From the NCBI GenBank assembly GCA_037968615.1, contig JBBKVX010000018.1, forward strand, positions 8,543 through 72,542: 64,000 bases of DNA. Reading direction: 5' to 3'. Shown in pieces: positions 29,753-38,863 of this stretch; position 1 is the stretch's first letter, and each line of letters starts with the position of its first letter. The translations under genes and the position numbers were made by a program. The notes under the pieces are model-generated. The model made no database searches. It had not been told where the DNA came from and worked only from the letters and a program-made list of their open reading frames with translations. This DNA is from Rickettsiales bacterium. GTDB taxonomy: Bacteria; Pseudomonadota; Alphaproteobacteria; Rickettsiales; UBA3002.

Positions 29753-30546
29753 TAGAAACCGCCCTTATCGAGCTGGCGCGACAGCAGCATCTGGAACTCG
29801 GTCATGAAATCGTCGAGCTTGTTGCTGAGGCGGTTCAGTTCGCCGTTGAACTTGTTGAACGCGACCACGGCCGGGATGGCCACGAACAGGCCGATGGCGG
29901 TGGCGAACAACGCCTCCGCGATGCCGGGAGCGACCACGGCCAGCGAGGTGTTCTGCGAACCCGCGATGTTGCGGAACGCGTTGATGATGCCGATGCAGGT
30001 GCCGAGCAGCCCGATGAACGGGGCCGACGAACCGGCGGTGGCGAGGAAGCCAAGCCCGCGCTCGATGCGTTCGATCTCACGGTTGCGGGTAACAGCCATC
30101 ATCATGATGATGCGTTCTTTCAGCGAAATGTTCAGCTCGCCCGCGCCGCGTGCGGCCGACCCTCCGGGCACCACGCGCTCTTGGCCCTTGCTGCGGAACC
30201 ATTCGTCCATCGCGGCGGTGAACATGAGCGCCAGCGGGTGTTTCGCCTTACGCTTCTTCACTTTGTCGTAGAATTTATCGAGCGCTTCCGCCTGCCAGAA
30301 CTCGGCCTCGAACTGCGCGGTCTTGTCGTTCATGCTGCGCAGCGTGGTGAATTTATCGATGATGATCGCCCAGCACATCAGCGACATGGCGATGAGCAGC
30401 AGCATGATGATCAGCACCAGCGCATCGGCGTGGATGATCAGGCTGATGAGCGACATTTCCTGCCCCGGTACGGCACCGGCAACGGTGCCAGCAAGGTCGG
30501 CGCCGCCGACAGCATCAACGGGTGCGGCTATGGAATTGGTGGCCAT
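29752..30546 (-). CDS. tolQ: TolQ (MotA/TolQ/ExbB proton channel)
   Basis: Start at the ATG at 30546 (MATNSIAAP...). Three TM segments and the conserved motif FIGLLGTCIGIINAF. Confidence 0.9.
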   Translation of the reverse strand: MATNSIAAPVDAVGGADLAGTVAGAVPGQEMSLISLIIHADALVLIIMLLLIAMSLMCWAIIIDKFTTLRSMNDKTAQFEAEFWQAEALDKFYDKVKKRKAKHPLALMFTAAMDEWFRSKGQERVVPGGSAARGAGELNISLKERIIMMMAVTRNREIERIERGLGFLATAGSSAPFIGLLGTCIGIINAFRNIAGSQNTSLAVVAPGIAEALFATAIGLFVAIPAVVAFNKFNGELNRLSNKLDDFMTEFQMLLSRQLDKGGF

Positions 30547-30654
30547 GAATCTTCTCCTACATATGCGAATACGCCCGCGCGCGCGGAACATCTGGCGCAG
30601 CTTTGCTGCGGCGCGTTGGAAAAGTCCACAGGGATTTGCGTTATCCCGAGACGC

Positions 30655-31122
30655 TTAAGCGTTTTTCGGCGCAGGGCGTGTCGGTTCGGGCATTTCATGG
30701 GCCGGGGTGGGCAGCAGGTCGCGCAGGGCCTGCGGCAGCAAAGTGGGGGCGAACTGGCTGTTCACGGCCACCACCTCGATATCAATAATGGCCAGCACCT
30801 CGTCGCCGCGACGCACGGTCTGTTTCAGGCTCATGCGCACCTTGCCCATGCCATTGAGGCGGGTCTCAATAAGCAAAAGGTCGTCCAGCCGCGCCGGGCG
30901 ACGCCAGTCAATCGTCGCGCGCCGCACCACGAACATAATGTCGAACTCGCGCTGCAACCGCTCCCGCCCGATATCCAGATGCCGCAGCCACTCGGTCCGC
31001 GCCCGCTCCGAAAAGTTCAGGTAGTTGGAATGATACACCACGCCCCCGGCGTCGGTATCCTCATAGAACACGCGGATAGGAAAAAAGAAGGCGTCGTCCT
31101 TGCCGTAGGCGTTCATGGGCAT
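30655..31122 (-). CDS. ybgC: Tol-Pal-associated acyl-CoA thioesterase YbgC (4HBT family)
   Basis: RVFYEDTDAGGVVYHSNYLNF hot-dog motif. Immediately follows the ruvB stop. Confidence 0.85.
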   Translation of the reverse strand: MPMNAYGKDDAFFFPIRVFYEDTDAGGVVYHSNYLNFSERARTEWLRHLDIGRERLQREFDIMFVVRRATIDWRRPARLDDLLLIETRLNGMGKVRMSLKQTVRRGDEVLAIIDIEVVAVNSQFAPTLLPQALRDLLPTPAHEMPEPTRPAPKNA

Positions 31123-32160
31123 CTAGCTGTCTCCGTCCAATAATCCCATTTGCTCCGGCATTTTGCTGGGGGCTTTAAGTTTGAGGTGCTGGTAGCAGGT
31201 GAGCGTCAGCACGCGGCCGCGGGGGGTGCGTTGCACGAAGCCGAGTTGCAGCAGGAACGGCTCGATGGTTTCTTCGATGGAGTCGCGCTGTTCGCTGAGT
31301 GCTGCGGCAATGGTTTCGACGCCGACGGGACCGCCCTGGTAATGTTCGGCGATGAATTTGAGGTAACGGTGGTCGGAGCTATCGAGGCCGAGGGAATCGA
31401 CTTCGAGGCGCTTCAAGGTTGCGTCGGCCTGCTTGGCCGTGACGGTATCTTCGCCCGCCGCATGGGCGAAATCGCGCACGCGTTTCAGCAGCCGCACGGC
31501 GATGCGCGGTGTGCCGCGCGAACGTTTTGCGATCTCGGCGGAACCGCCTTCGTCGAGCGTGATGTTGAGGATGGAGGAAGCGCGGGTGACGACGCGGCGC
31601 AGTTCTTTCTCGTCGTAGAAATTCAGTTTCAGCGGAATGCCGAACCGGTCGCGCAGCGGGCCGGTGAGCAGGCCGAGCCGCGTGGTGGCGCCGATGAGCG
31701 TGAACTTCGGCAGATCGATGCGCACGGTGCGCGCGCTGGGCCCGTCGCCGATGATGAGGTCGAGTTTGAAATCCTCCATCGCGGGATAGAGCACCTCTTC
31801 AACGGCGGCGTTGAGGCGGTGGATTTCATCGATAAATAAAACGTCGCCCGCTTGCAGGTTGGTGAGGATGGCGGCGAGGTCGCCCGCTTTGGTCAGCAGC
31901 GGGCCGGAGGTGCTGCGAATTTGTACGCCCATTTCGCGCGCCACAATGTGGGCGAGGGTGGTTTTGCCAAGGCCGGGAGGCCCGTAAAGTAACACATGGT
32001 CGAGCGCTTCCTCGCGCGATTTCGCCGCGCGGATGAACACGTCGAGGTTCTCGATGACTTGCGGCTGGCCGGTGAAATCGCTTAAGCCCTGCGGGCGGAT
32101 GCTGGTTTCAACATCCAGTTCGGTGCGTTCGGGGGTGAGGGGTGAGGTGGCGTCCTTCAT
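31123..32160 (-). CDS. ruvB: Holliday junction DNA helicase RuvB
   Basis: Walker [18 protein letters not shown], and full-length RuvB-like sequence. Confidence 0.95.
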   Translation of the reverse strand: MKDATSPLTPERTELDVETSIRPQGLSDFTGQPQVIENLDVFIRAAKSREEALDHVLLYGPPGLGKTTLAHIVAREMGVQIRSTSGPLLTKAGDLAAILTNLQAGDVLFIDEIHRLNAAVEEVLYPAMEDFKLDLIIGDGPSARTVRIDLPKFTLIGATTRLGLLTGPLRDRFGIPLKLNFYDEKELRRVVTRASSILNITLDEGGSAEIAKRSRGTPRIAVRLLKRVRDFAHAAGEDTVTAKQADATLKRLEVDSLGLDSSDHRYLKFIAEHYQGGPVGVETIAAALSEQRDSIEETIEPFLLQLGFVQRTPRGRVLTLTCYQHLKLKAPSKMPEQMGLLDGDS

Positions 32161-32780
32161 GCCGCCAGCTCCCGCAGCGAATCTTTAATCAGTTGGTCGA
32201 GCTTCGCTTCCGGCGCGCTTTGCTGCACGCGCATCACGGCGCTGAAGGCTTCGCTACGACCATAGCCCAAATGCACGAGGGCGGAGAGGGCATCTTCCAC
32301 TGCGTTCGGAATTTTAGCGGTGGCTTTGCCTTTCGTCGGGCCCGTGTTGGCGGGCATGGCGAACCCGGCGGCGCCAAGTTTCACCGCCTGATTCTTCAAT
32401 TCGATCACAATGCGTTCCGCCAGCTTCGGCCCAACGCCGGACACAGCGATGAACGCTTTTTTATCCTGCGCGGCGAGGGCGGTAAGCATCTGGTCGGGGC
32501 TCATGGTGCCGAGGATGGCGAGCGCCACTTTCACGCCCACGCCCTGCACGGTGGTGAGGGTGCGGAACCATTGCTGCTCGGCCGCGTTGGCGAACCCGTA
32601 CAGGTGGATATGGTCCTCGCGCACATGGGTGTCGATGAGCAGCGACACATCGCCGCCCGCGCCCGGCATGGCCGCCAGCGTGCGCCCGCTGGCGAACACC
32701 GCATAGCCGACGCCACCAACATCGAGGATCAAATGATCCTCGGCGACCGAGTCGATGCGTCCAGTGAGTTTGCCAATCAT
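32157..32780 (-). CDS. ruvA: Holliday junction DNA helicase RuvA
   Basis: [27 protein letters not shown]-terminus and HhH motifs ([25 protein letters not shown]). Confidence 0.95.
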   Translation of the reverse strand: MIGKLTGRIDSVAEDHLILDVGGVGYAVFASGRTLAAMPGAGGDVSLLIDTHVREDHIHLYGFANAAEQQWFRTLTTVQGVGVKVALAILGTMSPDQMLTALAAQDKKAFIAVSGVGPKLAERIVIELKNQAVKLGAAGFAMPANTGPTKGKATAKIPNAVEDALSALVHLGYGRSEAFSAVMRVQQSAPEAKLDQLIKDSLRELAA

Positions 32781-32887
32781 GGGATAAGCTTTTAGCGGTG
32801 AGTCGTTAGTCGTAAGCTTTTAGTACAAGGATACGCGCATCATCACAAGAATAACAAATCCAGCGATTCACAGCTAACGACTGACAG

Positions 32888-33370
32888 CTACCTGGTATGG
32901 CTCGCATGGGTAATGGCAATCGCCAGCGCATCGGCGGCGTCGTGCTTGCAGGCGGTGAGCGGGTCGCGGGCGGCGGGCAGCAGCACGCCGACCATTTGGC
33001 TCACTTGGTGTTTGTCGGCGCGGCCATTGCCGACGAGGGCTTTTTTCACCACCGTCGCCGCGTATTCGCCCACTGGCAAGCCGCAGGCCGCCAGTGTCAC
33101 CAGTAATGCGCCGCGCGCTTGGCCGAGTTTTAAGGTTGAGGCGCCGTTGGCGGTGGCGAAGGTTTCCTCCAGCGCCCCCAGCGTCGGCTGATGCTGCGCG
33201 ATGACGGCGGTGAGGTCGCGATGCAGTTGCAGCAATCGCTCCGCCAGCCCAAGCTTTGCACTCGGGTTGATGGTGCCACAGGCCACGAATTTCAAATTGC
33301 CCGAATGCGAATCGATGATGCCCCAGCCGGTCGAGACCAGCCCCGGATCGATGCCTATGATGCGGGGCAT
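32888..33370 (-). CDS. ruvC: crossover junction endodeoxyribonuclease RuvC
   Basis: Start at the ATG at 33370 (MPRIIGIDPGLVSTGWG). The ORF-track extension to 33445 has no RuvC homology. Confidence 0.9.
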   Translation of the reverse strand: MPRIIGIDPGLVSTGWGIIDSHSGNLKFVACGTINPSAKLGLAERLLQLHRDLTAVIAQHQPTLGALEETFATANGASTLKLGQARGALLVTLAACGLPVGEYAATVVKKALVGNGRADKHQVSQMVGVLLPAARDPLTACKHDAADALAIAITHASHTR

Positions 33371-33469
33371 GTGGAACTCCGATGAGGCCAGCAGGCCGAG
33401 TGAGTCATCAGCCCGCAAAGCGGCGCGCCATTGGGAGCGCAGCAACGCGAGCAGGGCGCATCCAATAAG

Positions 33470-34210
33470 CTAGGCACTCAACTTCTCTTCCGCCTCAGCC
33501 GAAAGCTCTGCGTTGGTGAACACTTCCTGCACGTCGTCGTTGTCTTCGAGGAATTCGACGAGTTCCATCAGCTCCGTCGCGTCGTTCACGGGGGCGGTGA
33601 TTTTGGCCTGCCACACCATTTTAGCGCTCGCGGGCTCGCCGAAGGCCACGGTAAGCGCGTCCTTCACCCCGATCAGGTTCTCGAACGTGGTGCTGATGCT
33701 GTGCTGGCCATCGGCGGTCTCGCAATTGTCGGCCCCGGCCTCGATGGCGGCGTCGAGCATCGCTTCTTCGCTGATGCTGTCGGCGGGATATTCGATGATC
33801 GCCACATGCTCGAACATGAACCCGACGGAGCCGGTTTCGCCCATGTTGCCCGCATGTTTAGTGAAGGCGCTGCGGATGTCGGCGGCGGTGCGGTTGCGGT
33901 TGTCGGTGAGCGCTTCGATGACGATGGCGACGCCGCCGGGGCCGTAGCCCTCGTAGCGCACCGATTCGTAATTGTCGGATTCGCTGGCGCCCGAGCCTTT
34001 GGCAATGGCGGTGTCGATGCGGTCTTTCGGCAGGCCCGCCTGCCGCGCCTTCATGACCACCGTGCGCAGCTTGGCGTTGAAATTGATGTCGGGGCCGCCG
34101 CGCGCCGCGACGATAATTTCGCGCGCGATTTTAGTGAATACCTTGGCGCGCTTCGCGTCCTGCGCGCCTTTGCGGCGCATGATGTTTTTAAACTGTGAGT
34201 GGCCGGCCAT
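33470..34210 (-). CDS. YebC/PmpR-family DNA-binding regulator
   Basis: Start at the ATG at 34210 (MAGHSQFKNIMRRKG). The ORF-track extension reads through repeat family 2. Confidence 0.9.
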   Translation of the reverse strand: MAGHSQFKNIMRRKGAQDAKRAKVFTKIAREIIVAARGGPDINFNAKLRTVVMKARQAGLPKDRIDTAIAKGSGASESDNYESVRYEGYGPGGVAIVIEALTDNRNRTAADIRSAFTKHAGNMGETGSVGFMFEHVAIIEYPADSISEEAMLDAAIEAGADNCETADGQHSISTTFENLIGVKDALTVAFGEPASAKMVWQAKITAPVNDATELMELVEFLEDNDDVQEVFTNAELSAEAEEKLSA

Positions 34211-34225
34211 CGGAATCCTATTTCT

Positions 34226-34307
34226 TGTCATCCCGGCGAAGGCCGAGATCCATGTCGGGCCGCGTGCGCGCTTCATGGCATGAATTCCCGCCTGCGCGGG
34301 AATGACG
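34226..34307 (+). repeat. two-hairpin intergenic repeat family 2, copy 1
   Basis: TGTCATCCCGGCGAAGGCCGAGATCC...ATTCCCGCCTGCGCGGGAATGACG. Hairpin 1 is ATCCCGGC/GCCGAGAT and hairpin 2 is ATTCCCGC/GCGGGAAT. About 80% identical to the copy at 49050-49130. Confidence 0.8.
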
Positions 34308-34373
34308 ATTACTTAGAGTGAGGGGCAATAAATACGTTTTCTCTGGCGCAGTGTCCATATATAGAATGCCGCT

Positions 34374-34667
34374 ATGGCCAAAAAACCGATCATTGCTCCG
34401 CCCGCCCACGACGCCAGCATCAAACGCCTCAACCGCGTCATCGGGCAGCTGAACGGCATCAAGTCGATGATGGAGGATAAGCGCTACTGCCCCGACATCC
34501 TCACCCAGCTGCGCGCCGCGCGTGCGGCCATGAAGTCGCTGGAGGTGGGCATGCTGCGCAACCATCTCAATCATTGCGTTATCCGCGCGGTGAAATCCGG
34601 CGACGACGCGCAGATCAAAGAGAAGTTGGAAGAGCTGGAAGAGCTGATCGCCCGCTATACGGATTAA
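34374..34667 (+). CDS. CsoR/RcnR/FrmR-family metal-sensing transcriptional repressor
   Basis: 97-aa ORF. IKRLNRVIGQLNGIKSMMEDKRYCPDILTQL and LNHC supply the C-H-C ligand pattern typical of CsoR-type members. Confidence 0.8.
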   Translation: MAKKPIIAPPAHDASIKRLNRVIGQLNGIKSMMEDKRYCPDILTQLRAARAAMKSLEVGMLRNHLNHCVIRAVKSGDDAQIKEKLEELEELIARYTD

Positions 34668-34825
34668 ATCCCGCCAGCACGCACCTGGGGCAAGCCGCCA
34701 ATTATGCCGGATTATCAAGCCCCATAGACCCGACGCCACCGCCACCTTCCCCAAACCCTCAAGCAGCGCTTGACGATTAAAACCAGTTCCGTTAGCAACG
34801 CCATCCTGTTAGGATTATTCCGCGT

Positions 34826-34901
<76 letters not shown>

Positions 34902-34910
34902 TCCTAAACA

Positions 34911-34942
34911 AAAAGGGCTGCCCGCAGGGGCGGCCTTTTTTT
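34911..34942. terminator. bidirectional rho-independent terminator
   Basis: AAAAA-GGCTGCCC-GCAG-GGGCGGCC-TTTTTTT, an 8-bp stem with one G:U pair. Lies between tRNA-Ala (+) and the convergent minus-strand gene. Confidence 0.75.
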
Positions 34943-35882
34943 ATGAGTTGGGAAAAGAGCGAACCGCTTCCGTGTATTCCGACTCTAATTGCTGGATGAG
35001 TGTTTTTGTAGCAAGCACTTCGCGGATATTCCCGACCCCTTGTCCGGCTGACCAGACGTCTTTCCATGCTTTGGCGTGGGATTTGTTGTGGGGGTCGGTG
35101 ATGTGGTCGAGGTCGACGCTGTCGGGGGCGTGGAGTTTTTCCGGGTCGAGCCCTGCGGCGACGATGCTGGGACGCAAAAAATTGGCGGGGATACTGCTGA
35201 TGGCGGGGGTGTAGAGAATATCGATGGCGCTCGATGCAACGATCATGTTTTTGTAGGCGTCCTGCACCAAGGCTTCTTTGGTGGCCACAAAGCGCGTGCC
35301 CATATAGGCGTAGTCGGCGCCCATCATTTGCGCGGCCGCGATGTCGCGGCCGCTGCTGAGCGCCCCCGCGAGAATAATGGTGCCTTTAAAGAACTGCCGC
35401 ACTTCGCCAAGCAGCGCGAAGGGGTTCAGCGCGCCCGCATGGCCGCCCGCACCGCCCGTGACGAGAATGAGTCCATCGACCCCGGCTTCGGCGGCCTTGT
35501 GTGCGTGGCGTGCGCTGATGACGTCGTGGAACACTTTGCCGCCCCAGCTTTGCACACGGCCTACCAGTTCGGGCACGGCACCCAGCGAGGTGATGATGAG
35601 CGGCACTTTATGCGCCTCGCACACGGCGAGATCGTCCATCACGCGCGGGTTGGTTTTATGCACGATGAGGTTCACGCCGTAGGGCGCGGCGTTTTTCCCC
35701 TCCAGCCGGGTTTCGATGTCGGTGAGCCACTGGTCGAAGCCCTCGGTGGTGCGCTGGTTGAGCGCGGGGAAGGTGCCGACTACGCCGTTCTCGCAGCAAG
35801 CGACCACCAAGTCCGGCCCGGAGGTCAGGAACATGGGCGCGGCGATGAGCGGCAGGCGGAGATTGGGGAATGAAGCCTTCAT
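34941..35882 (-). CDS. nitronate monooxygenase / NAD(P)H-dependent flavin oxidoreductase (NPD family)
   Basis: PLIAAPMFLTSGPDLVVA and LVTGGAGGHAG FMN-binding motifs. Confidence 0.8.
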   Translation of the reverse strand: MKASFPNLRLPLIAAPMFLTSGPDLVVACCENGVVGTFPALNQRTTEGFDQWLTDIETRLEGKNAAPYGVNLIVHKTNPRVMDDLAVCEAHKVPLIITSLGAVPELVGRVQSWGGKVFHDVISARHAHKAAEAGVDGLILVTGGAGGHAGALNPFALLGEVRQFFKGTIILAGALSSGRDIAAAQMMGADYAYMGTRFVATKEALVQDAYKNMIVASSAIDILYTPAISSIPANFLRPSIVAAGLDPEKLHAPDSVDLDHITDPHNKSHAKAWKDVWSAGQGVGNIREVLATKTLIQQLESEYTEAVRSFPNS

Positions 35883-35962
35883 GGCGGCACTATAGCACGA
35901 AGCGGGTGGCGCGAGAACGGTTTCGTCATGCGATTGTCACATGTGTTTGTTATGTTGTAGGA

Positions 35963-36964
35963 ATGACCGCATTCGACCCCAGCATTCCGCCCCTGGTCGC
36001 CCATCGTGGTGCACCGCTGAACTATCCCGAGAATTCGCTCGCGGGGTATAAGGCCGTGCTGAATATGGCGCTGCTTTACCCCGAAGCGCGCGTGTTTCTG
36101 GAAACCGATATCCGCCTGTCGAAGGACAAGGTGTGTGTGGGGTTGCACGACAAAAAACTCGACCGCACGCACGAGGCCAAAGGCTTCGCCCATGCCTACG
36201 ATCTGAAAACGCTGCAGGGGTTCAAACCGCGCGTGCGCGGTGCCGGTGCACCCATCGATTTTGCGGCACTGAAAAAGCAGGAGGGCAGCGACGCGCCCCT
36301 GCTCGACATTCGCCCGGAGGACGCACGCGCGCCCAGCCTGAATGAGCTTCTGGAGCTGACGGCCACCAGCAATGCCCTGCGCACCAAGCGCGGCGGTACG
36401 CCGGTCGGCATCTGCATCGATCTGAAAGATACGGACACGTTCACGCCGCTGGCCGACACGCTCAATAGTTTTTTCGCCGCGCATCCGCAGGCCGATATTC
36501 CGCTGTTCAATCTGGGCATCGATACGCAGGTGAAGCCCGCGTCGCTGGATGTATTGTGGGCGCAGCTCGCGCCCGAAGTGCAGCAACGTTATTACAGCGA
36601 GCCCATCAGCCAGACGCGACGTGGCATCAACCTGCTGACGGATATGTCGGGTACCACCCATGGCAGGATCCTCAGCTCGGCGGTCGCTACCGTGGTGGCC
36701 AACGGCATCAGCGATTGGCATTTCCATGGCGATCCCGACCCCTCGCATGATTTTTCGCAGGCCGGAGTGAAGGGTAGGCCGCTGAAGGGAAACTACCCCA
36801 GCTGTGGCACATTGCGCGAAGTGAGCCACGCTTTGAAACGACAGGATCTGGTCTGGGTGGATAACGCGCCGCAGGCGATACGCTATGTGGCGGCCCTTAC
36901 GCGCGGCACGGAAACCATGTCGCCGCTGCCGTACGAGCCCACCAGCTTGGGACGTCCTGTTTGA
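35963..36964 (+). CDS. glycerophosphodiester phosphodiesterase (GDPD)-like protein
   Basis: Start at the ATG at 35963. VAHRGAPLNYPENSLAGY and ETDIRLSKDKVCVGLHD resemble the GDPD catalytic motifs. The C-terminal ~100 aa are unassigned. Confidence 0.55.
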   Translation: MTAFDPSIPPLVAHRGAPLNYPENSLAGYKAVLNMALLYPEARVFLETDIRLSKDKVCVGLHDKKLDRTHEAKGFAHAYDLKTLQGFKPRVRGAGAPIDFAALKKQEGSDAPLLDIRPEDARAPSLNELLELTATSNALRTKRGGTPVGICIDLKDTDTFTPLADTLNSFFAAHPQADIPLFNLGIDTQVKPASLDVLWAQLAPEVQQRYYSEPISQTRRGINLLTDMSGTTHGRILSSAVATVVANGISDWHFHGDPDPSHDFSQAGVKGRPLKGNYPSCGTLREVSHALKRQDLVWVDNAPQAIRYVAALTRGTETMSPLPYEPTSLGRPV

Positions 36965-37012
36965 CAATTGAGGCGGGCAGGAGGATGGTTTCGCATCACT
37001 CAGGAGCCGCGC

Positions 37013-37486
37013 ATGAGAATCCTCGCTATCGTCCTTGCACTATTGGCCGCGCCTGCGTTGGCCGCCGACCCCTCCAGCCTCACCGCGATGCAGAAATACG
37101 TGACCCAGCATGGCGGCACCGAGCTGCCCTACAAGAACGAATATTGGGACCACCACGAAGCAGGCATTTATGTGGATGTGATCTCCGGCGAACCGCTTTT
37201 CTCCTCCACCGACAAGTTCGATTCCGGCACCGGCTGGCCCAGCTTCACCCAACCCATCGACCAGAATTTTGTGAAGGAAAAAGCAGACAGCACGTTGGGC
37301 ATGGCGCGGACGGAAGTGAAATCCACCAAGTCGGATGCGCATTTGGGCCATGTGTTCACTGACGGGCCGAAGGACAAAGGTGGGCTACGCTATTGCATCA
37401 ATTCCGCCGCGTTGGATTTCATCCCCGTCGCCGATTTGAAAAAAGAAGGCTACGAAAAATACCTGCCGCTGTTCGAGAAGAAATAG
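37013..37486 (+). CDS. msrB: exported peptide-methionine (R)-S-oxide reductase MsrB
   Basis: ATG at 37013 preceded by AGGAG. Signal peptide [17 protein letters not shown]|A. GTGWPSF and the catalytic RYCINS motif. Confidence 0.9.
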   Translation: MRILAIVLALLAAPALAADPSSLTAMQKYVTQHGGTELPYKNEYWDHHEAGIYVDVISGEPLFSSTDKFDSGTGWPSFTQPIDQNFVKEKADSTLGMARTEVKSTKSDAHLGHVFTDGPKDKGGLRYCINSAALDFIPVADLKKEGYEKYLPLFEKK

Positions 37487-37495
37487 GAGTTCCTA

Positions 37496-37900
37496 ATGCG
37501 TCTTTTGCTTAGCTTGATTGCTGTGTTGTCGCTCGCACTTCCGCAAGCCCATGCGGCGCGACCGCAACCCACGCCGCAACTGCTGGCAGTGTATGTGTAT
37601 GCCGACTGGTGCCCCAATTGCAAAATCCTGTCGCCTGCGCTGGCCAAAGCCCGCGTCGATGGCGCGCTGGACAAAAAAGACGTGCTGTTCGTTACCCTGA
37701 ACCTCACCGACAAGCCCGCCATTCGCCAGTCGCAATTGCTGGCCTCGGCGCTGGGCATTGGCGATTACCTGCAAGCGCAGGGCAGCGGCACGGGCTATGT
37801 GGCGATACTGGATGCGAAGAGCAAAAAAGAACTGGCGCGTTTTGATAGCGAAAGCGATGCTAAAGCCATCGGCGCGGGCATCCAAAAACTTCTGCGCTAA
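37496..37900 (+). CDS. exported thioredoxin-fold protein (WCPNC active site)
   Basis: Signal peptide MRLLLSLIAVLSLALPQAHA|A, then LAVYVYADWCPNCKILSPAL, the canonical Trx active-site context. Confidence 0.75.
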   Translation: MRLLLSLIAVLSLALPQAHAARPQPTPQLLAVYVYADWCPNCKILSPALAKARVDGALDKKDVLFVTLNLTDKPAIRQSQLLASALGIGDYLQAQGSGTGYVAILDAKSKKELARFDSESDAKAIGAGIQKLLR

Positions 37901-38646
37901 CGCACGAACACGAAGTTCGTGTCGTCCGATAATTTCTTGTCGAACTTGTACCCATCCTCGGCGAACTGCGCCAACTGGTGGGGCTGGATTTTATGTTCGA
38001 TCACCCAGCGCGCCATAGTGCCGCGCGCGCGTTTGGCGAACAGCGCCACGGTTTTCACCGCACCGTTTTTGCGTTCCTTGAAATGTGCGGTGAGGGGAGT
38101 GAGTTTGAGCGCGTCCCAATCAATGGCGCTGCTGTATTCGATGCTGGCGAGGTTCAGCAGCGTGTCGGTGCCCGCCTGTTTGGCGGCTTCGTTCAGCGCT
38201 TTGGCCACCCGGCCGCCCCAGAAGGCATAGAGATTTTTCCCGGCATCATTCTTTAGCGCAGTACCCATTTCCAAACGGTAGGGATGCATCGCGTCGCTGG
38301 GGCGCAGTACGCCGTAGAGGCCGGACAGGATGCGCAACCGCGCTTGCAATTCCGGCAAAGCTTTGGCGGGCAGTGTGTCGATGTCGAGCCCGTCGTACAC
38401 ATCGCCCCGGAACATCCAGCCGCAGGGATATTCGCCCGCCGCAAAACTATCGAACCGCGCCACGTTCAGCGTCGCCAGCTTGGGGCTGATATGCATCAGC
38501 GTGCCCAATTGCTTCTCGCTCAGTTTGGCCAATTGCGTGGCCAGCGCTTTCGCGTTGGCCTGAAATTTTGGTTTGCTCAGTTTCACCGTTTTGGGGAAAG
38601 CGGGGGCGGTGTCGAGGGTTTTGGAGGGGGAGAGAACAAGCAGCAT
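37897..38646 (-). CDS. yaaA: peroxide stress protein YaaA (UPF0246)
   Basis: MLLVLSPSKTLD N-terminus with family-typical length. Confidence 0.85.
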   Translation of the reverse strand: MLLVLSPSKTLDTAPAFPKTVKLSKPKFQANAKALATQLAKLSEKQLGTLMHISPKLATLNVARFDSFAAGEYPCGWMFRGDVYDGLDIDTLPAKALPELQARLRILSGLYGVLRPSDAMHPYRLEMGTALKNDAGKNLYAFWGGRVAKALNEAAKQAGTDTLLNLASIEYSSAIDWDALKLTPLTAHFKERKNGAVKTVALFAKRARGTMARWVIEHKIQPHQLAQFAEDGYKFDKKLSDDTNFVFVR

Positions 38647-38793
38647 CTAGAAATCCACGCACTTGCCGTTGATCTCCCAATCGCTGTAGCGCGTGGGTTC
38701 GGTGCTGCGCTTGGCGCCGCCCAATTCCTTGGGCTTTTCCGGGACGGGCGGGTATTCCGCGGGTGTTTCTTGCGATTGTTTGGGCTTTTCCAT
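38647..38793 (-). CDS. DUF1674 small protein (SDHAF4-like)
   Basis: 48-aa ORF ending in EPTRYSDWEINGKCVDF. This matches the C-terminal signature of DUF1674/SDHAF4 (EPTRYGDWERKGRCIDF as I recall). It sits inside a longer spurious 151-aa ORF-track entry. Confidence 0.7.
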   Translation of the reverse strand: MEKPKQSQETPAEYPPVPEKPKELGGAKRSTEPTRYSDWEINGKCVDF

Positions 38794-38863
38794 GCAGGCT
38801 TTATAGCGGGTTGGCACGCGGGTGCAACTTGCATCCGCTGCCCGATGGTGCGAAAAGGCGGGC

